Source of the DNA: an uncultured SAR86 cluster bacterium
Lineage (GTDB): Bacteria; Pseudomonadota; Gammaproteobacteria; Magnimaribacterales; D2472
Length of the DNA stretch: 64,000 bases
Direction: 5' to 3'
NCBI GenBank assembly: GCA_902605165.1
Contig: CACLBJ010000002.1
Span: forward strand, 22,794-86,793
Positions 26,329-36,535 of this stretch are shown one piece after another. The translations under genes were made by a program, and so were the position numbers. The notes beneath the pieces were generated by a model. It had not been told where the DNA came from, ran no database searches, and saw nothing but the letters and a program-made list of their open reading frames with translations. Numbering within the stretch: position 1 is the stretch's first letter; each line of letters opens with the position of its first letter.

Positions 26329-27510
26329 CTAGCCGAAGCTATTTTTAACTCTTTCCTTAAATCTATTTTGATAGTCGACCAAACCCTTGCTTGGTAAGAC
26401 AAATACCTGATCTCCATTATTAAGGCCTTTTTTAATTTCAACATTAGCTAAATCAGAAATACCAATCTCAACCCATGAGAGAGTGGGACCATTTGAAGAG
26501 TTTTTAAAAACTATAAATTTTGTAAAGTTTTCACCATCAACTTTTTCTTCAAGGAAATTATCAACAGTTGCTTTACTGATTCCTAATATTTCTGCGGCAG
26601 AGTATGCATCATCTCTTGTTCTTAAAGCTCCGGTGGGTGCACTTATTGCAACTTCCGCATCTATAACTTGAATAACAACATCGGTATTCATGCCAAGAAG
26701 AAGAAGATTATCTTTGTTCTCAATATCTATAAGAACAGGAAAAATTGTAACGCCTTGTTGCACTATTGCTAGAGGTTCAATCTTTGAAACTTTGCCAGAG
26801 AAGATTTCCTCCCTAAAAGCACTGACCCTAATTGATACCTCTTGCCCTACAGTAACTTTCCCAATATCAATTTCATCGACAAAAGCTCTAATTCTAACTT
26901 TTGATAGGTCAGCCATTCTCATCAAAATTGTTCCACCCCCAACAGCAGAAGTTGGAGAAGAAATAACCTGACCAACTTCAACTGGTCTAGAAATAATAGT
27001 AGCGCCAAGTGGTGACTTCACCAATGTATCATCTAAAGCAATTTTTGCATTTTCTACATTCACAATTGATCTGACATGCTGAGACTTAGCAGATGCAAAA
27101 CCTTCTTGGATTTCTTCAAAGTTCTTATCAGCGATACTGCCTTCAGCGTGTAAGGCCTGCCCTCTTACAAGTTGTGCCTCAGCATTTTCTAATCTAACTT
27201 CAGCTAACTTTAGATCTGCTTCAGCCTGATCTAGGACATTTTTAGGAGTTCTTTGATCAATTCTGGCAAGAATAGTTCCTTTTTTAACAAAGTCTCCTAC
27301 TTCAGCAGGCAGATCTAATATTTCACCAGAAGCTTTTGACTTTATTTCAACAGAGTAAATCGCCTCAATCTCACCCGATGCCTCAATAGTCAAATCTAGC
27401 TGTTTAGGCTCTACATCTTTCTTCTGATAGTAGGAATATGATTGTGAGTCATTTGATCCACCGCCACAACTAACTAAAATTAAAATAGGTATAAAATATA
27501 GGTATCTCAT
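26329..27510 (-). CDS. Periplasmic adaptor (HlyD/MFP family) lipoprotein
   Basis: Lipobox ILVSCGGGS, a coiled-coil hairpin (AEADLKLAEVRLENAEAQL) and barrel-sandwich segments. It lies between the ABC ATPase and permease genes. Confidence 0.85.
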   Translation of the reverse strand: MRYLYFIPILILVSCGGGSNDSQSYSYYQKKDVEPKQLDLTIEASGEIEAIYSVEIKSKASGEILDLPAEVGDFVKKGTILARIDQRTPKNVLDQAEADLKLAEVRLENAEAQLVRGQALHAEGSIADKNFEEIQEGFASAKSQHVRSIVNVENAKIALDDTLVKSPLGATIISRPVEVGQVISSPTSAVGGGTILMRMADLSKVRIRAFVDEIDIGKVTVGQEVSIRVSAFREEIFSGKVSKIEPLAIVQQGVTIFPVLIDIENKDNLLLLGMNTDVVIQVIDAEVAISAPTGALRTRDDAYSAAEILGISKATVDNFLEEKVDGENFTKFIVFKNSSNGPTLSWVEIGISDLANVEIKKGLNNGDQVFVLPSKGLVDYQNRFKERVKNSFG

Positions 27511-28202
27511 TAAACTCTCCTCTTATCAGATTCAATTAACCCATCTTTCACTGTTATTACTCTGTCAGTTTGATCAGCAATATCATTTTCATGCGTTATA
27601 ACTATTATTGTTTGTCCGTTCTTATGTAGCTCTTTAAAAAGGCTCATAATTTCTTCACCTGTCTTGGTATCAAGATTACCAGTGGGCTCATCAGCAAATA
27701 CTATACTTGGATCATTAACAAGTGCACGCGCAATGGCAACTCTTTGCTGTTGACCACCAGACAATTCATTTGGCTTATGACTTACTCTATCCTCAAGGCC
27801 GACTTTATCCAAAACACTTTTGGCTTTTTTGAGAGCTTGATTTTTGTCATAGCCAGCATATGTTAGGGGCAGCATTACATTATTTAGTGCAGTATTTCTT
27901 GATAAAAGATGAAAGGATTGGAATACAAAACCAATTTTTTTATTTCTTATTGCCGCCAACTCATTATCCTCAAGAAGACTTACCTCATTATCATCTAAGT
28001 GGTACTCTCCAGAGGTTGGTGTATCAAGACATCCGATAATATTCATTAAAGTTGTTTTACCAGATCCAGAAGGACCCATAATTGAAATAAACTCACCAGC
28101 ATTTACATCAAAGCTTATATCTTTGATTGCATTAACTGTTTCGCTTCCAATTTGAAACTGTTTTTTTAGATTCTTTACTTTTATCAAGCTCATAGGTGTC
28201 AA
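27510..28202 (-). CDS. ABC transporter ATP-binding protein (MacB/LolD type)
   Basis: GPSGSGKTT, LSGGQQQRVAIARAL, IVFADEPTGNLD. 230 aa. Confidence 0.9.
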   Translation of the reverse strand: MTPMSLIKVKNLKKQFQIGSETVNAIKDISFDVNAGEFISIMGPSGSGKTTLMNIIGCLDTPTSGEYHLDDNEVSLLEDNELAAIRNKKIGFVFQSFHLLSRNTALNNVMLPLTYAGYDKNQALKKAKSVLDKVGLEDRVSHKPNELSGGQQQRVAIARALVNDPSIVFADEPTGNLDTKTGEEIMSLFKELHKNGQTIIVITHENDIADQTDRVITVKDGLIESDKRRV

Positions 28203-28240
28203 GTTTACTTTACATATATGAAATGATCAAACTTTGTGTT

Positions 28241-29461
28241 TTAACCAGCGGCAGCTGCTCTTAAACCCTCTGTAGATTCTATATAAGATAGCCAAGGGTT
28301 TGCTTCTTTTTCTTTACCAAAGTCTATTGCTTTCTTTAATTCAAGACGGGCATTCTTGAAATCATCTATCTCGATGTAACAGACCCCTAAAAGCATTTCG
28401 AGTGAACCAGGCTTTCTATTCCAACCTTTATCTCTGGCAATATTGAAGTATTTAATAGCTTGTCCATATTCAGAATTCTGTAACTGGATTTGACCGATTC
28501 GATAATCGTACTTGGGATCACTAGTTATTTTCGTTACTTTTATCAATGACCTAACTGCATTATCAAAATCTTTAGCGATTATATAAGCATTACTTAGAAG
28601 TTCATTGTTTTTAATATTATTGTCTAAAACTTTTAGTTTTAACCCTCTTTCAATTACCTTGCTTGAATCAACCGGCAAACCTTTATAAAGATAAAAATTA
28701 GCTAAATTGATGTATTCAGATGGTTTCTTAAGCAGATCTTGTTGCAGTTTAAATTCAAGAGAAGCTAACGATTCCTCCTCAAATTTGATGATGTTATAAA
28801 TACCTGCCATTTGTTCAATATATTGTTTATTTTTTGGTTTAAATCTAACTAAGTCCTGAGATACTTCTAGAGCGTCCAGGTATTCCTTCCTTTCAGTATG
28901 AATAGCAAACTTTAGCTGCGCCCAATCTTCAACAAATTTATATGAGTTATCGATGGCTAATGTTATAAATTTAAGTGCATTCCCCCACTCTTCATCTTGT
29001 GCATATATTGTCGCTAGTATCGCATAACCCTCTGGCTTAAGATCAAGATCATTTTTTTCACCTATTGCAACCCACTTTAGAAGAGTTTTCTTAGCGTTTT
29101 CTCTATCACCATTAACATAATAAACTTGGCCGAGGGTAAAATTTAATTCAAAAATATCATAAGGTGGCATATCCCTTTTTAGGCTTGCCTGCCTGAGATA
29201 ATTTAGGGCTTCTTCATTTCTGTCATATGATATTAAGAAATAAGCATAAGTTCTAAGAATTACAAAATGATCATAGGATCGTGAAGACCAGGTGTCATTA
29301 GCATAGTCATAATAGATCCTTTCTGCAGCTTCAAGATTTCCCTTATCAAGGTTGGCCTGTGCTCTTTCTAAAGTATTGTAGACCCATTGAGTAATAGCCT
29401 GTTCTGCAGCAGAGATGTTAAAACTAACAATCAAAATTAAAAGTAAAAATTTTTTCATCAC
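28241..29461 (-). CDS. TPR-repeat periplasmic protein (TtpD-like member of a TonB2-type cluster)
   Basis: Signal peptide followed by repeated A/Y/L TPR-like 34-mers. It is the last gene after tonB, as in Vibrio TonB2 clusters. Confidence 0.65.
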   Translation of the reverse strand: MMKKFLLLILIVSFNISAAEQAITQWVYNTLERAQANLDKGNLEAAERIYYDYANDTWSSRSYDHFVILRTYAYFLISYDRNEEALNYLRQASLKRDMPPYDIFELNFTLGQVYYVNGDRENAKKTLLKWVAIGEKNDLDLKPEGYAILATIYAQDEEWGNALKFITLAIDNSYKFVEDWAQLKFAIHTERKEYLDALEVSQDLVRFKPKNKQYIEQMAGIYNIIKFEEESLASLEFKLQQDLLKKPSEYINLANFYLYKGLPVDSSKVIERGLKLKVLDNNIKNNELLSNAYIIAKDFDNAVRSLIKVTKITSDPKYDYRIGQIQLQNSEYGQAIKYFNIARDKGWNRKPGSLEMLLGVCYIEIDDFKNARLELKKAIDFGKEKEANPWLSYIESTEGLRAAAAG

Positions 29462-30096
29462 AAATTAAACTCTATCGTAGTAAGACCAACTTGTTTTACA
29501 GCAACCCCATCAATAACTCTTGGTTTAAACTTCCATTTAAGAACTGCTTGTATCGCAGCAGCATCAAATATTCTGGGTGGTCTTGATTCTTCGATTATAG
29601 CACTTATTACTCTTCCCTTTTCATCAACCGTTAATCTGACAGTAACAAAACCAGTCTTTCCACCTTTTAGTGCTTCTCTAGGATATTTAGGTTGGATTTT
29701 AACCAAAGGTATAAGACCGCTATTTGAAGCCAATGAATTTGCTCCTCGCAAGAATGCTCCTTTTAAATCAACAGGTGTATTTAAAGTAGGAAACTTAATA
29801 TTTAAGTTCTGAACAGGCTGAACAACTTCTGGAGTTTCAAGCTTTGGTGGAGGTGGTTTTTTTGGTGGAGGTGGTTTTTCAGGAAGAGCTCTTTCCCTCT
29901 CGTTCAAGAAATCATTTTTTCTTAATCTCACAAAGTCAACGAGACTAGAATCTTTTGAAGTATCAAAATTTTTATCACTTGGTAAGATAATTACATAAAT
30001 GGTTAGAAAGATGGCAAAAGCAATAGAAAATCCGCCAACTATAGAAACAGTTAACCTATTCTCTAAATTAATCCTGTTCAGCAGCGATTGAAACAT
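29458..30096 (-). CDS. tonB: TonB energy transducer
   Basis: N-terminal TM anchor, Pro/Lys spacer EKPPPPKKPPPPK, and a C-terminal YPREALKGGKTGFVTV..KPRVIDG TonB_C domain. Confidence 0.85.
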   Translation of the reverse strand: MFQSLLNRINLENRLTVSIVGGFSIAFAIFLTIYVIILPSDKNFDTSKDSSLVDFVRLRKNDFLNERERALPEKPPPPKKPPPPKLETPEVVQPVQNLNIKFPTLNTPVDLKGAFLRGANSLASNSGLIPLVKIQPKYPREALKGGKTGFVTVRLTVDEKGRVISAIIEESRPPRIFDAAAIQAVLKWKFKPRVIDGVAVKQVGLTTIEFNL

Positions 30097-30469
30097 TTTG
30101 TACTCCGGCTAACCTTACTTGGTCCATTGTTTCAACTAAAAAACCAGTTTTTGAGGCTTTATCAGCCTGAATTATTACTGAACCTTCAGGGTTCTCAGCT
30201 TTTAGTCTTTCAACATTTGCTCTTACAGATCTTAGGTCAACTCTTCTTTTATCTATCCAAATCTCGTCATTAGCAGTAATAGCTATAAGTATATTACCTC
30301 TCTCATCCCTTACTGCTGTTGACGCATTTGGTCTATTAACCTCAACCCCAGTTTCTTTTACAAATGATGTAGTAACAATAAAAAATATGAGCATGATAAA
30401 AACAATATCTAACATAGGTGTTATATCTATAGTTGATTCGTCCCTAACTCTATTTCTTCTTTTAATCAT
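30068..30469 (-). CDS. exbD: ExbD/TolR family protein
   Basis: IDITPMLDIVFIMLIFFIV is the canonical ExbD TM segment. 133 aa. Confidence 0.9.
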   Translation of the reverse strand: MIKRRNRVRDESTIDITPMLDIVFIMLIFFIVTTSFVKETGVEVNRPNASTAVRDERGNILIAITANDEIWIDKRRVDLRSVRANVERLKAENPEGSVIIQADKASKTGFLVETMDQVRLAGVQNVSIAAEQD

Positions 30470-30470
30470 A

Positions 30471-30998
30471 TTAGATTGTTTCTATTGTATGTTTTACTTC
30501 CAAGGTGGCTTTTTCAATAGAGGACTTAATTGCAGTAAGAAGAAATAAGCCAACTATTGAAATAAACAGTCCAGTCATTGTTGGTAATGTTGCTCTTGCA
30601 ATTCCTGAAGCCATTGCTCTTGCATTTCCAGTTCCTGTTATAGCCATGATATCAAAAACTTCAATCATCCCAGTTACAGTCCCAAGCAAACCTAATAATG
30701 GACATAATGCTATAAGGCCCTGAATCATAAGAAGATTTTTTGAAGATTCTGAATTTAAGATTGAAATATTCTTCAATTTAATCTTATTTCTAATCCATTT
30801 ATTATCTGAGGGACATTCCTTTACTTCCATCACTCTATCATCGCTAAGCTTTTTTAGATCATTTATAAAGAAAATTAATCTCTCAACAAGAAGTGTAATC
30901 ATTATTATGGCAACAACGAATAGAATTAATATAACTGGTCCGCCTCTATCAAAAAAATCCAGTAAGGATACAAAAGGTAAAGACAGATAATAAAACAT
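30471..30998 (-). CDS. exbB: ExbB (MotA/TolQ/ExbB proton channel), short form
   Basis: CPLLGLLGTVTGMIEVF and the 3-TM layout. 175 aa. Confidence 0.85.
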   Translation of the reverse strand: MFYYLSLPFVSLLDFFDRGGPVILILFVVAIIMITLLVERLIFFINDLKKLSDDRVMEVKECPSDNKWIRNKIKLKNISILNSESSKNLLMIQGLIALCPLLGLLGTVTGMIEVFDIMAITGTGNARAMASGIARATLPTMTGLFISIVGLFLLTAIKSSIEKATLEVKHTIETI

Positions 30999-31000
30999 AG

Positions 31001-32368
31001 TTATTTTTGTCTAGTTGAAAATGCGGCAATAAATCCAATTGCTTGCTCTTCATAAACTTGCGTAATACTTCTACTTCTTGATTCAAGAATATTATGAACA
31101 AAAAGAAGTGGAACAGCAGCAATAAGTCCAAGCATTGTTGTTACAAGCGCCTGCGAAATACCGCCAGCCATCAGCTTTGGATCACCAGTACCAAATAATG
31201 TTATTGACTGGAATGTTTCAATCATACCTACAACAGTCCCTAATAATCCAAGAAGAGGAGCAACTGCTGCCAATAACTTAATAGTGCTGAGGTTTTGCTC
31301 AAGAACAGGAACGGCTCTGGATAGAACATCCTCAAGCTGTGCCTCAAGATCTTCAGGAGTTGTTCCTCTATAGTCTTTAAATATTCTGTTTAGTTTTCCT
31401 AAAACAGAAGTTTCGGAAAAATTACCACTTGCTAATTCTGCATCAAGGACTTTTGATTCATTAGATAAGAAACGATATCTCATTAAACCAAGAACAATTC
31501 CAATAATGAATAGTAAAATTATTATATAACCAACGAAACCGCCCTGATTAATTCTTTCAAAAAAACCTGCTCTATCAATAAGTTTTGTTAATAAGGAGCC
31601 TCTCGTAGGATCTATATAAACCTCGTGATAAGTTCCGCTTTCTGAGTTCTGCAATCTTTTTGCAGACCTTCTTATTCCACCATCTGGTTGTTTTGGTAAG
31701 AATTCTAATACATTTTGTTCGGCAACTAAGTTTAAATACATTCCATTAGCAACTGAGTTAAAAACACCCATTCTTAAAATATCAGCATCAACAACCTCTC
31801 CTGATTTAGAAAGAATTTGAGTACTATATTCCTTAACTTTACCGCTTTGATTTAATTCATTTAATATTTCGAACCAAAGCCTTTCTAACTCTTCATTTGT
31901 TGGTAAATCTAAACTCTTTCTTTCAGCAATATCTCCTAAAAACTCAATCCTTTCTGGATACTCAATATTTGTTAATGATAATGAAAATTGACCTTTAGAT
32001 TCGCCAGCTGTTTGACGGACAATACCGAAAAGCTCTCCAAAAGAACCAAGTTTTAAAGTAAGTTGTTCTTCAAGATCAGCAAGTCTTGCATCATTATCCT
32101 CATATTCTTTTGTAAGCCTTACACTCCTGTCTTCTTCAGCATTTAGTTTTGCTTTCATTTGATTGAGAAGATATTGTTGTCTATTTTTATCAGCTAAAAA
32201 TCTTTGAAGTCTTGCATTGTCTTCAGCAGATCGAGATGAAGCAGTTTTCTTCACTGATTCAACCAACCTATCAAGGTCTGTAATTATTGGTTCAAGGGAT
32301 TGTTCAACAGCTTCTTGAGCGAAAACGAAAGAAGTAATGAGTAATAAAGGTAAAAATCTTATTTTCAT
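31001..32368 (-). CDS. TtpC-like MotA/TolQ/ExbB-family protein with long periplasmic coiled-coil N-domain
   Basis: 455 aa with a signal peptide and ~260-aa coiled-coil region. The C-terminal APLLGLLGTVVGMIETF is an ExbB-type channel motif. Confidence 0.8.
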   Translation of the reverse strand: MKIRFLPLLLITSFVFAQEAVEQSLEPIITDLDRLVESVKKTASSRSAEDNARLQRFLADKNRQQYLLNQMKAKLNAEEDRSVRLTKEYEDNDARLADLEEQLTLKLGSFGELFGIVRQTAGESKGQFSLSLTNIEYPERIEFLGDIAERKSLDLPTNEELERLWFEILNELNQSGKVKEYSTQILSKSGEVVDADILRMGVFNSVANGMYLNLVAEQNVLEFLPKQPDGGIRRSAKRLQNSESGTYHEVYIDPTRGSLLTKLIDRAGFFERINQGGFVGYIIILLFIIGIVLGLMRYRFLSNESKVLDAELASGNFSETSVLGKLNRIFKDYRGTTPEDLEAQLEDVLSRAVPVLEQNLSTIKLLAAVAPLLGLLGTVVGMIETFQSITLFGTGDPKLMAGGISQALVTTMLGLIAAVPLLFVHNILESRSRSITQVYEEQAIGFIAAFSTRQK

Positions 32369-32370
32369 TT

Positions 32371-33156
32371 TTAGTCCTTGTAAATTGGAATCTGAATTAA
32401 AGCTGGAGGTGCTTGCTTGGCGGCAATCTTTAAACCATCCTCAGTAGCTCTTTTAATGGAACCCGATGCTTTCAAGAATGTCCTATCATTGAGATCATAG
32501 TACCCACCTTTACTTCCATCAGTTGTTAAATATGTTAATGCTATTCTTCCAACTCTGAGGAAATCAGCACTGGTATCAACACCATCAATATTGATTGTGT
32601 CTCTATAAGTTTCGATTGTTCTTCCATATTCAAGTTCAGTTTTATAAGCTTCCGTAATTAATCTAAACTTTTCTGATGTAGAGATATCGCCTCTATCCAT
32701 AGTAGTTCTTAAGTTGGCAAGGCGATCCTGTCTTTCATTCATAAGGAATGGGACATCAAGATTAATAAAGTCTTCCAGCCCATTTATCATTTTTATCATG
32801 AGCGGGACTATTTTTTGGTTAGTTTTATCAAGCTCATCTATTTGAAATAATATATTTGCAATTTCCTCAATTTGTGAATTTATTATTTTTTGAACCTGGT
32901 CATTGTAGAGTTTTAACGATTCATACTCTTTTGAGGTTGATTGATAATCAGCTAACAGGATTCTTGTTGTCTCATCGAGTTTATTTATTTGTTCTTGAGT
33001 TAAAGCAGAATTTGCAAGGCTATCAGTTGAAACATTTATTGATTCTGTAAGTAAGTCAACATCGTTAACTGCAGCTGTTTCTTGTGCATAAATAGCAAAA
33101 GAAGAAATTGCAAAAAAAGTAATAGCAAAAATATTTTTATTCATTTTGAATCGCAT
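32371..33156 (-). CDS. DUF3450-like periplasmic coiled-coil protein (TtpB-like)
   Basis: 261 aa with a signal peptide and coiled coil. It is the first gene of the TonB2-type cluster. The call rests on position and composition. Confidence 0.55.
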   Translation of the reverse strand: MRFKMNKNIFAITFFAISSFAIYAQETAAVNDVDLLTESINVSTDSLANSALTQEQINKLDETTRILLADYQSTSKEYESLKLYNDQVQKIINSQIEEIANILFQIDELDKTNQKIVPLMIKMINGLEDFINLDVPFLMNERQDRLANLRTTMDRGDISTSEKFRLITEAYKTELEYGRTIETYRDTINIDGVDTSADFLRVGRIALTYLTTDGSKGGYYDLNDRTFLKASGSIKRATEDGLKIAAKQAPPALIQIPIYKD

Positions 33157-33247
33157 TATTATGTCCCTTTAAGTGACCACAAATTATACTCTAAAACTCT
33201 TATTTTTTCTTGGAATTAACTGAGTAAAAAACGTTTAATTTATGGAC

Positions 33248-33279
33248 AAAAAAAAGGAGGCAAAAGCCTCCTTTTTTTT
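33248..33279 (-). terminator. Rho-independent terminator (bidirectional-looking) after the TonB-dependent receptor gene
   Basis: A8-AGGAGGC-AAAA-GCCTCCT-T8, lying 11 nt beyond the receptor stop (33290). Confidence 0.7.
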
Positions 33280-33289
33280 ATTCCTAATC

Positions 33290-36200
33290 TTAGAATCTCA
33301 TTTGATATACAAGATAAGCTTCTGGGCCAAATCTTGGGTATCTGAATGAGTTAAAGCCATAAGGATAGAAAGAGCTTCCTCTATCATATACAGCATCAGA
33401 ATCCGGAATAGCGTCAAATAAGTTTGTAACTGTAAACGCTAAGAATGAATCCTGGGTAAGATCGTAATTAACTGTAAGGTTAGTATTGAAATATGGGCTA
33501 CCTTTTGAACCATCTGCGTATTCCATATGTCCAACTCTAAGTACTGACATTCCAGCACCCCAATCACCTCTAGTCCAACCAAGTCTTACAGACTGTCTAG
33601 ATCTAGGTGTATAAGTACTATTCATGTATGAAAGCAGTGGATCACCAACATCTTCAGCATATTTAAGATCAATTTGATGTGAACTAAATACGCTAAAGTT
33701 AAAGTCACCAGCACTGTCAGTTACCCATGCATAAGAAACAGCAGTATCAATACCTAAGAACTCTTGACCAGCAATGTTTACTGGAGTTTCATAGATTGCA
33801 GTAATACTACCTTCTGGAGTTGGGTTAACTGTAAAGTCTTTACCACCTCTAATAATGTTACCAATTACTTGAGCACAGTATGAAGCTGGATAGTCAGGGA
33901 ATGCATCAAGCGTATCACCTGCTGCTCTTGCTCTACATACAGCCTCATCAATTGTTATTGCACTTAATGATTTTGTAGAAACAATATCACCTAATTGAAT
34001 GTGGAAAGCATCAACTGTAACAACCATTCTATCCATTGGTTCCCAAACGATACCAACAGCATATGAATCACCTTCTTCTTCTTTAAGACCAAGGTTACCA
34101 GTTGTTATACCATCAATGTTGATGATGCCATATGCACCACCACAACCTTCACCACCAGTACCAAAGTTACCATCATACCAACACTGGTACCAGTCAGTTT
34201 GTGATGTAAAGAATCTTCTTTCACCAACAAATGAATATGGAAGGTCAGGAGCTTTAAATGATTCAGACCAAGAAGCTCTAACTAGAAGATTATCTTTTGG
34301 TCTCCACTCCATAGACGCACCAGCAGTTCTTCTGTCGACATTAACAACAGCGTCATCATACTCGTCCCATCTTGTTGATAGATTTATAAGAACATTTTCA
34401 GATACAGGAACGTTTAATTCGATACCAACAGCGTTTCTTTCTCTTTCTCCGCCACCGTCAACACCACCAATACCCCAAAGAAGACCTGCTTTATTGAGAG
34501 GTGAAAGATTAACTTCGTAACCTTTTGTTTGATTTTCAACAACAGCCGCAAAAGCAAGAGGACCATATGGTAATTGCATTATGTCACCTGTTAAGGTAGC
34601 TTGGAAAAGCTCACTGAAAGCATCAGCAGGCTCAACATTATCTACTCTTAAAGCTTCTGCATCAGCAGGAGTTTGAGTACTTAGATAAAAGTCCCAGTTA
34701 TAACAGTTTGGCTGACTGTAAGATGCTGAGTAACCATAAATACCCCACCAGTCATCAACTTCACCATTTGATGGATCACCATCAATAAGATCGTTAGTAT
34801 CCAATACACAAGGGTTACCAAAACCGTCTACTCCACCAATATTATGAATTTCGTCATAAAGAGCACTTGCAAGGAAGTTTCTTCCGCTAGAAACCACATC
34901 ATATGTGTTATCAGTATATGAAAGATCCCACTCAAAACCATTGTTTAGAACTCCTCTTAAACCAAAGTCTATAGTTGAAGTATCTTCTACATAAGATGTA
35001 CCTCTGTATACTCCTGGGAAAATTTTCTGGATTCTGAAATCCATAAATGCAGAGTAACCTGGATCAAATTGGAACCCACCTGTTGCTGGGTTTGTAGAAG
35101 TATTAGGTCTCCAATAACTATCTTGTCTACCGTATCTTTGTGGACCAGCAACCCATACAAAAGGTGTGAATAGGTTGTCTAAGGTACCAGTTGTATCTGT
35201 TTCAAGATAAACATATTTTGCGTAAGCTTCAACTGAATCAGTTAGCTCATATGTACCTGATAAGTATGCAGCAGTTCTTTTTCTCTCATTTGTTAAAGAA
35301 CCATTTGAACTCATATCAATAGCACACCATGCACCAACAGCGAATGGAACATAGTTGCCTATCTCAGTCTCAGTAGGTGCGAAATAATCTCCAGCATCTT
35401 GACATGAAAATCCAGCTAGTGGCTCAAGACCTAATGAAGGATCTGTTGCAGCGTTTAAACCATCAATAAATTCATCGGGTGTGTAGTGATTAAATGCTCC
35501 AGCAAACTGGTCTCTGATTAAAAGACCTCTAGATGGTAATCCACCATCTGCAGCATCTTTATAGGAATCATGCTCACTTCTTGAATTTATAGGCACTGAT
35601 TTTTCATCGTAGTACTCTAATGCATAAGTATAGGAATATCTCTCACCAAATCCTCCACCTGCAAATTCAAGGTTAAGTGTCTCACCGCCTGATCCTTGGT
35701 TAACACCACCACCGACAACAACTCTAGCAGTTTGTCTTTCTAATCCATCAACTAATATAACGTTTACAACACCTGCTACAGCATCTGAACCATAAATAGA
35801 TGAAGCACCTGAAGTTAAAACTTCAATTCTTTCAACAGCTGCAAGTGGAATTGCACCCCAGTTAAAAGAAGCTGATTCACCATTGTATGGAAACGGATAG
35901 TCTGCAGTTCTCTTACCATTAACAAGTACAAGTGTTCTACCTGGACCAAAATCTCTAAGGTTGATTGGTTGCAATGAAGCATTAAAACCAGCCTGGAAGT
36001 TTTCACCATTAACACTACCTGTGTTTTGAGTAAGGTTACTTACTGCGTCATATACAGTTTGGAAACCTGCGTTATCTATATCAGCTCTAGTAATTGTGAT
36101 TAAAGGTGTAGCACCTTCTATATCAACTCTTTTAATTCTAGAACCGGTTACGCTTACTCTTCCTAGCTCTTGGACATCCTCATCATCAGCCGCATCAGAA

Positions 36201-36316
36201 GATTCAGACATTGTTGCTTCTGCAACAACTTCAACATCTTCATCGACTGGCTCGTCTGCGACAACAAATCCAACACTAAGGAAAGCAAACAAAGTTAAAA
36301 AACTTAAATTTTTCAT
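33290..36316 (-). CDS. TonB-dependent outer-membrane receptor (~1000 aa)
   Basis: Signal peptide, plug motifs (RVSVTGSRIKR, NLRDFGPGRTLVLVNGKR, IERIEVLTSGASSIYGSDAVAGVVN) and a terminal aromatic (..YQMRF). The track ORF starts at 36340. I prefer ATG 36316 (MKNLSFL), which has GGGGA upstream and a proper signal peptide. Confidence 0.9.
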   Translation of the reverse strand: MKNLSFLTLFAFLSVGFVVADEPVDEDVEVVAEATMSESSDAADDEDVQELGRVSVTGSRIKRVDIEGATPLITITRADIDNAGFQTVYDAVSNLTQNTGSVNGENFQAGFNASLQPINLRDFGPGRTLVLVNGKRTADYPFPYNGESASFNWGAIPLAAVERIEVLTSGASSIYGSDAVAGVVNVILVDGLERQTARVVVGGGVNQGSGGETLNLEFAGGGFGERYSYTYALEYYDEKSVPINSRSEHDSYKDAADGGLPSRGLLIRDQFAGAFNHYTPDEFIDGLNAATDPSLGLEPLAGFSCQDAGDYFAPTETEIGNYVPFAVGAWCAIDMSSNGSLTNERKRTAAYLSGTYELTDSVEAYAKYVYLETDTTGTLDNLFTPFVWVAGPQRYGRQDSYWRPNTSTNPATGGFQFDPGYSAFMDFRIQKIFPGVYRGTSYVEDTSTIDFGLRGVLNNGFEWDLSYTDNTYDVVSSGRNFLASALYDEIHNIGGVDGFGNPCVLDTNDLIDGDPSNGEVDDWWGIYGYSASYSQPNCYNWDFYLSTQTPADAEALRVDNVEPADAFSELFQATLTGDIMQLPYGPLAFAAVVENQTKGYEVNLSPLNKAGLLWGIGGVDGGGERERNAVGIELNVPVSENVLINLSTRWDEYDDAVVNVDRRTAGASMEWRPKDNLLVRASWSESFKAPDLPYSFVGERRFFTSQTDWYQCWYDGNFGTGGEGCGGAYGIINIDGITTGNLGLKEEEGDSYAVGIVWEPMDRMVVTVDAFHIQLGDIVSTKSLSAITIDEAVCRARAAGDTLDAFPDYPASYCAQVIGNIIRGGKDFTVNPTPEGSITAIYETPVNIAGQEFLGIDTAVSYAWVTDSAGDFNFSVFSSHQIDLKYAEDVGDPLLSYMNSTYTPRSRQSVRLGWTRGDWGAGMSVLRVGHMEYADGSKGSPYFNTNLTVNYDLTQDSFLAFTVTNLFDAIPDSDAVYDRGSSFYPYGFNSFRYPRFGPEAYLVYQMRF

Positions 36317-36535
36317 AATATTTTCCCCATATTTATGCATAAAATTACACCGGAAACATGTTCCGATTCAAACAATATACCTATAGGTGACGTTATTGTA
36401 AACAGTTTTAGTAAATAAAATTATCTTTTAAATAAAGGGTTTTTTGTGTTTTTTTACACTTACATCTTTTATTTTCTGACTATGTAAAGTAGACTTTACA
36501 CAATCATTAAATTTTCAATCGGAGATTACAAAAAA

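Noticed and set aside
29844-29879. 18-bp tandem direct repeat (TTGGTGGAGGTGGTTTTT x2)
   Set aside because: It encodes the KPPPPK-KPPPPK proline-rich spacer of TonB, so it is an ordinary coding repeat rather than a repeat element or regulatory array.
28241-33156. MotA/ExbB-like genes with a long coiled-coil protein, considered as a Zorya-like (ZorA/ZorB) defence system
   Set aside because: The presence of ExbD, a bona fide TonB with a C-terminal TonB domain and a TPR protein, together with the adjacent receptor, matches the TonB2 nutrient-uptake cluster. No ZorC/ZorD-like nuclease or helicase genes are present.
33999-34520. 173-aa plus-strand ORF, and similar long antisense ORFs at 15083-15544, 49964-50389, 47153-47434 and 48032-48328
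   Set aside because: They lie entirely antisense to confidently identified genes (TonB-dependent receptors, the VWA protein, fabI). Their composition is low-complexity Pro/Ser/Leu-rich, typical of shadow frames, and I recognised no motifs.
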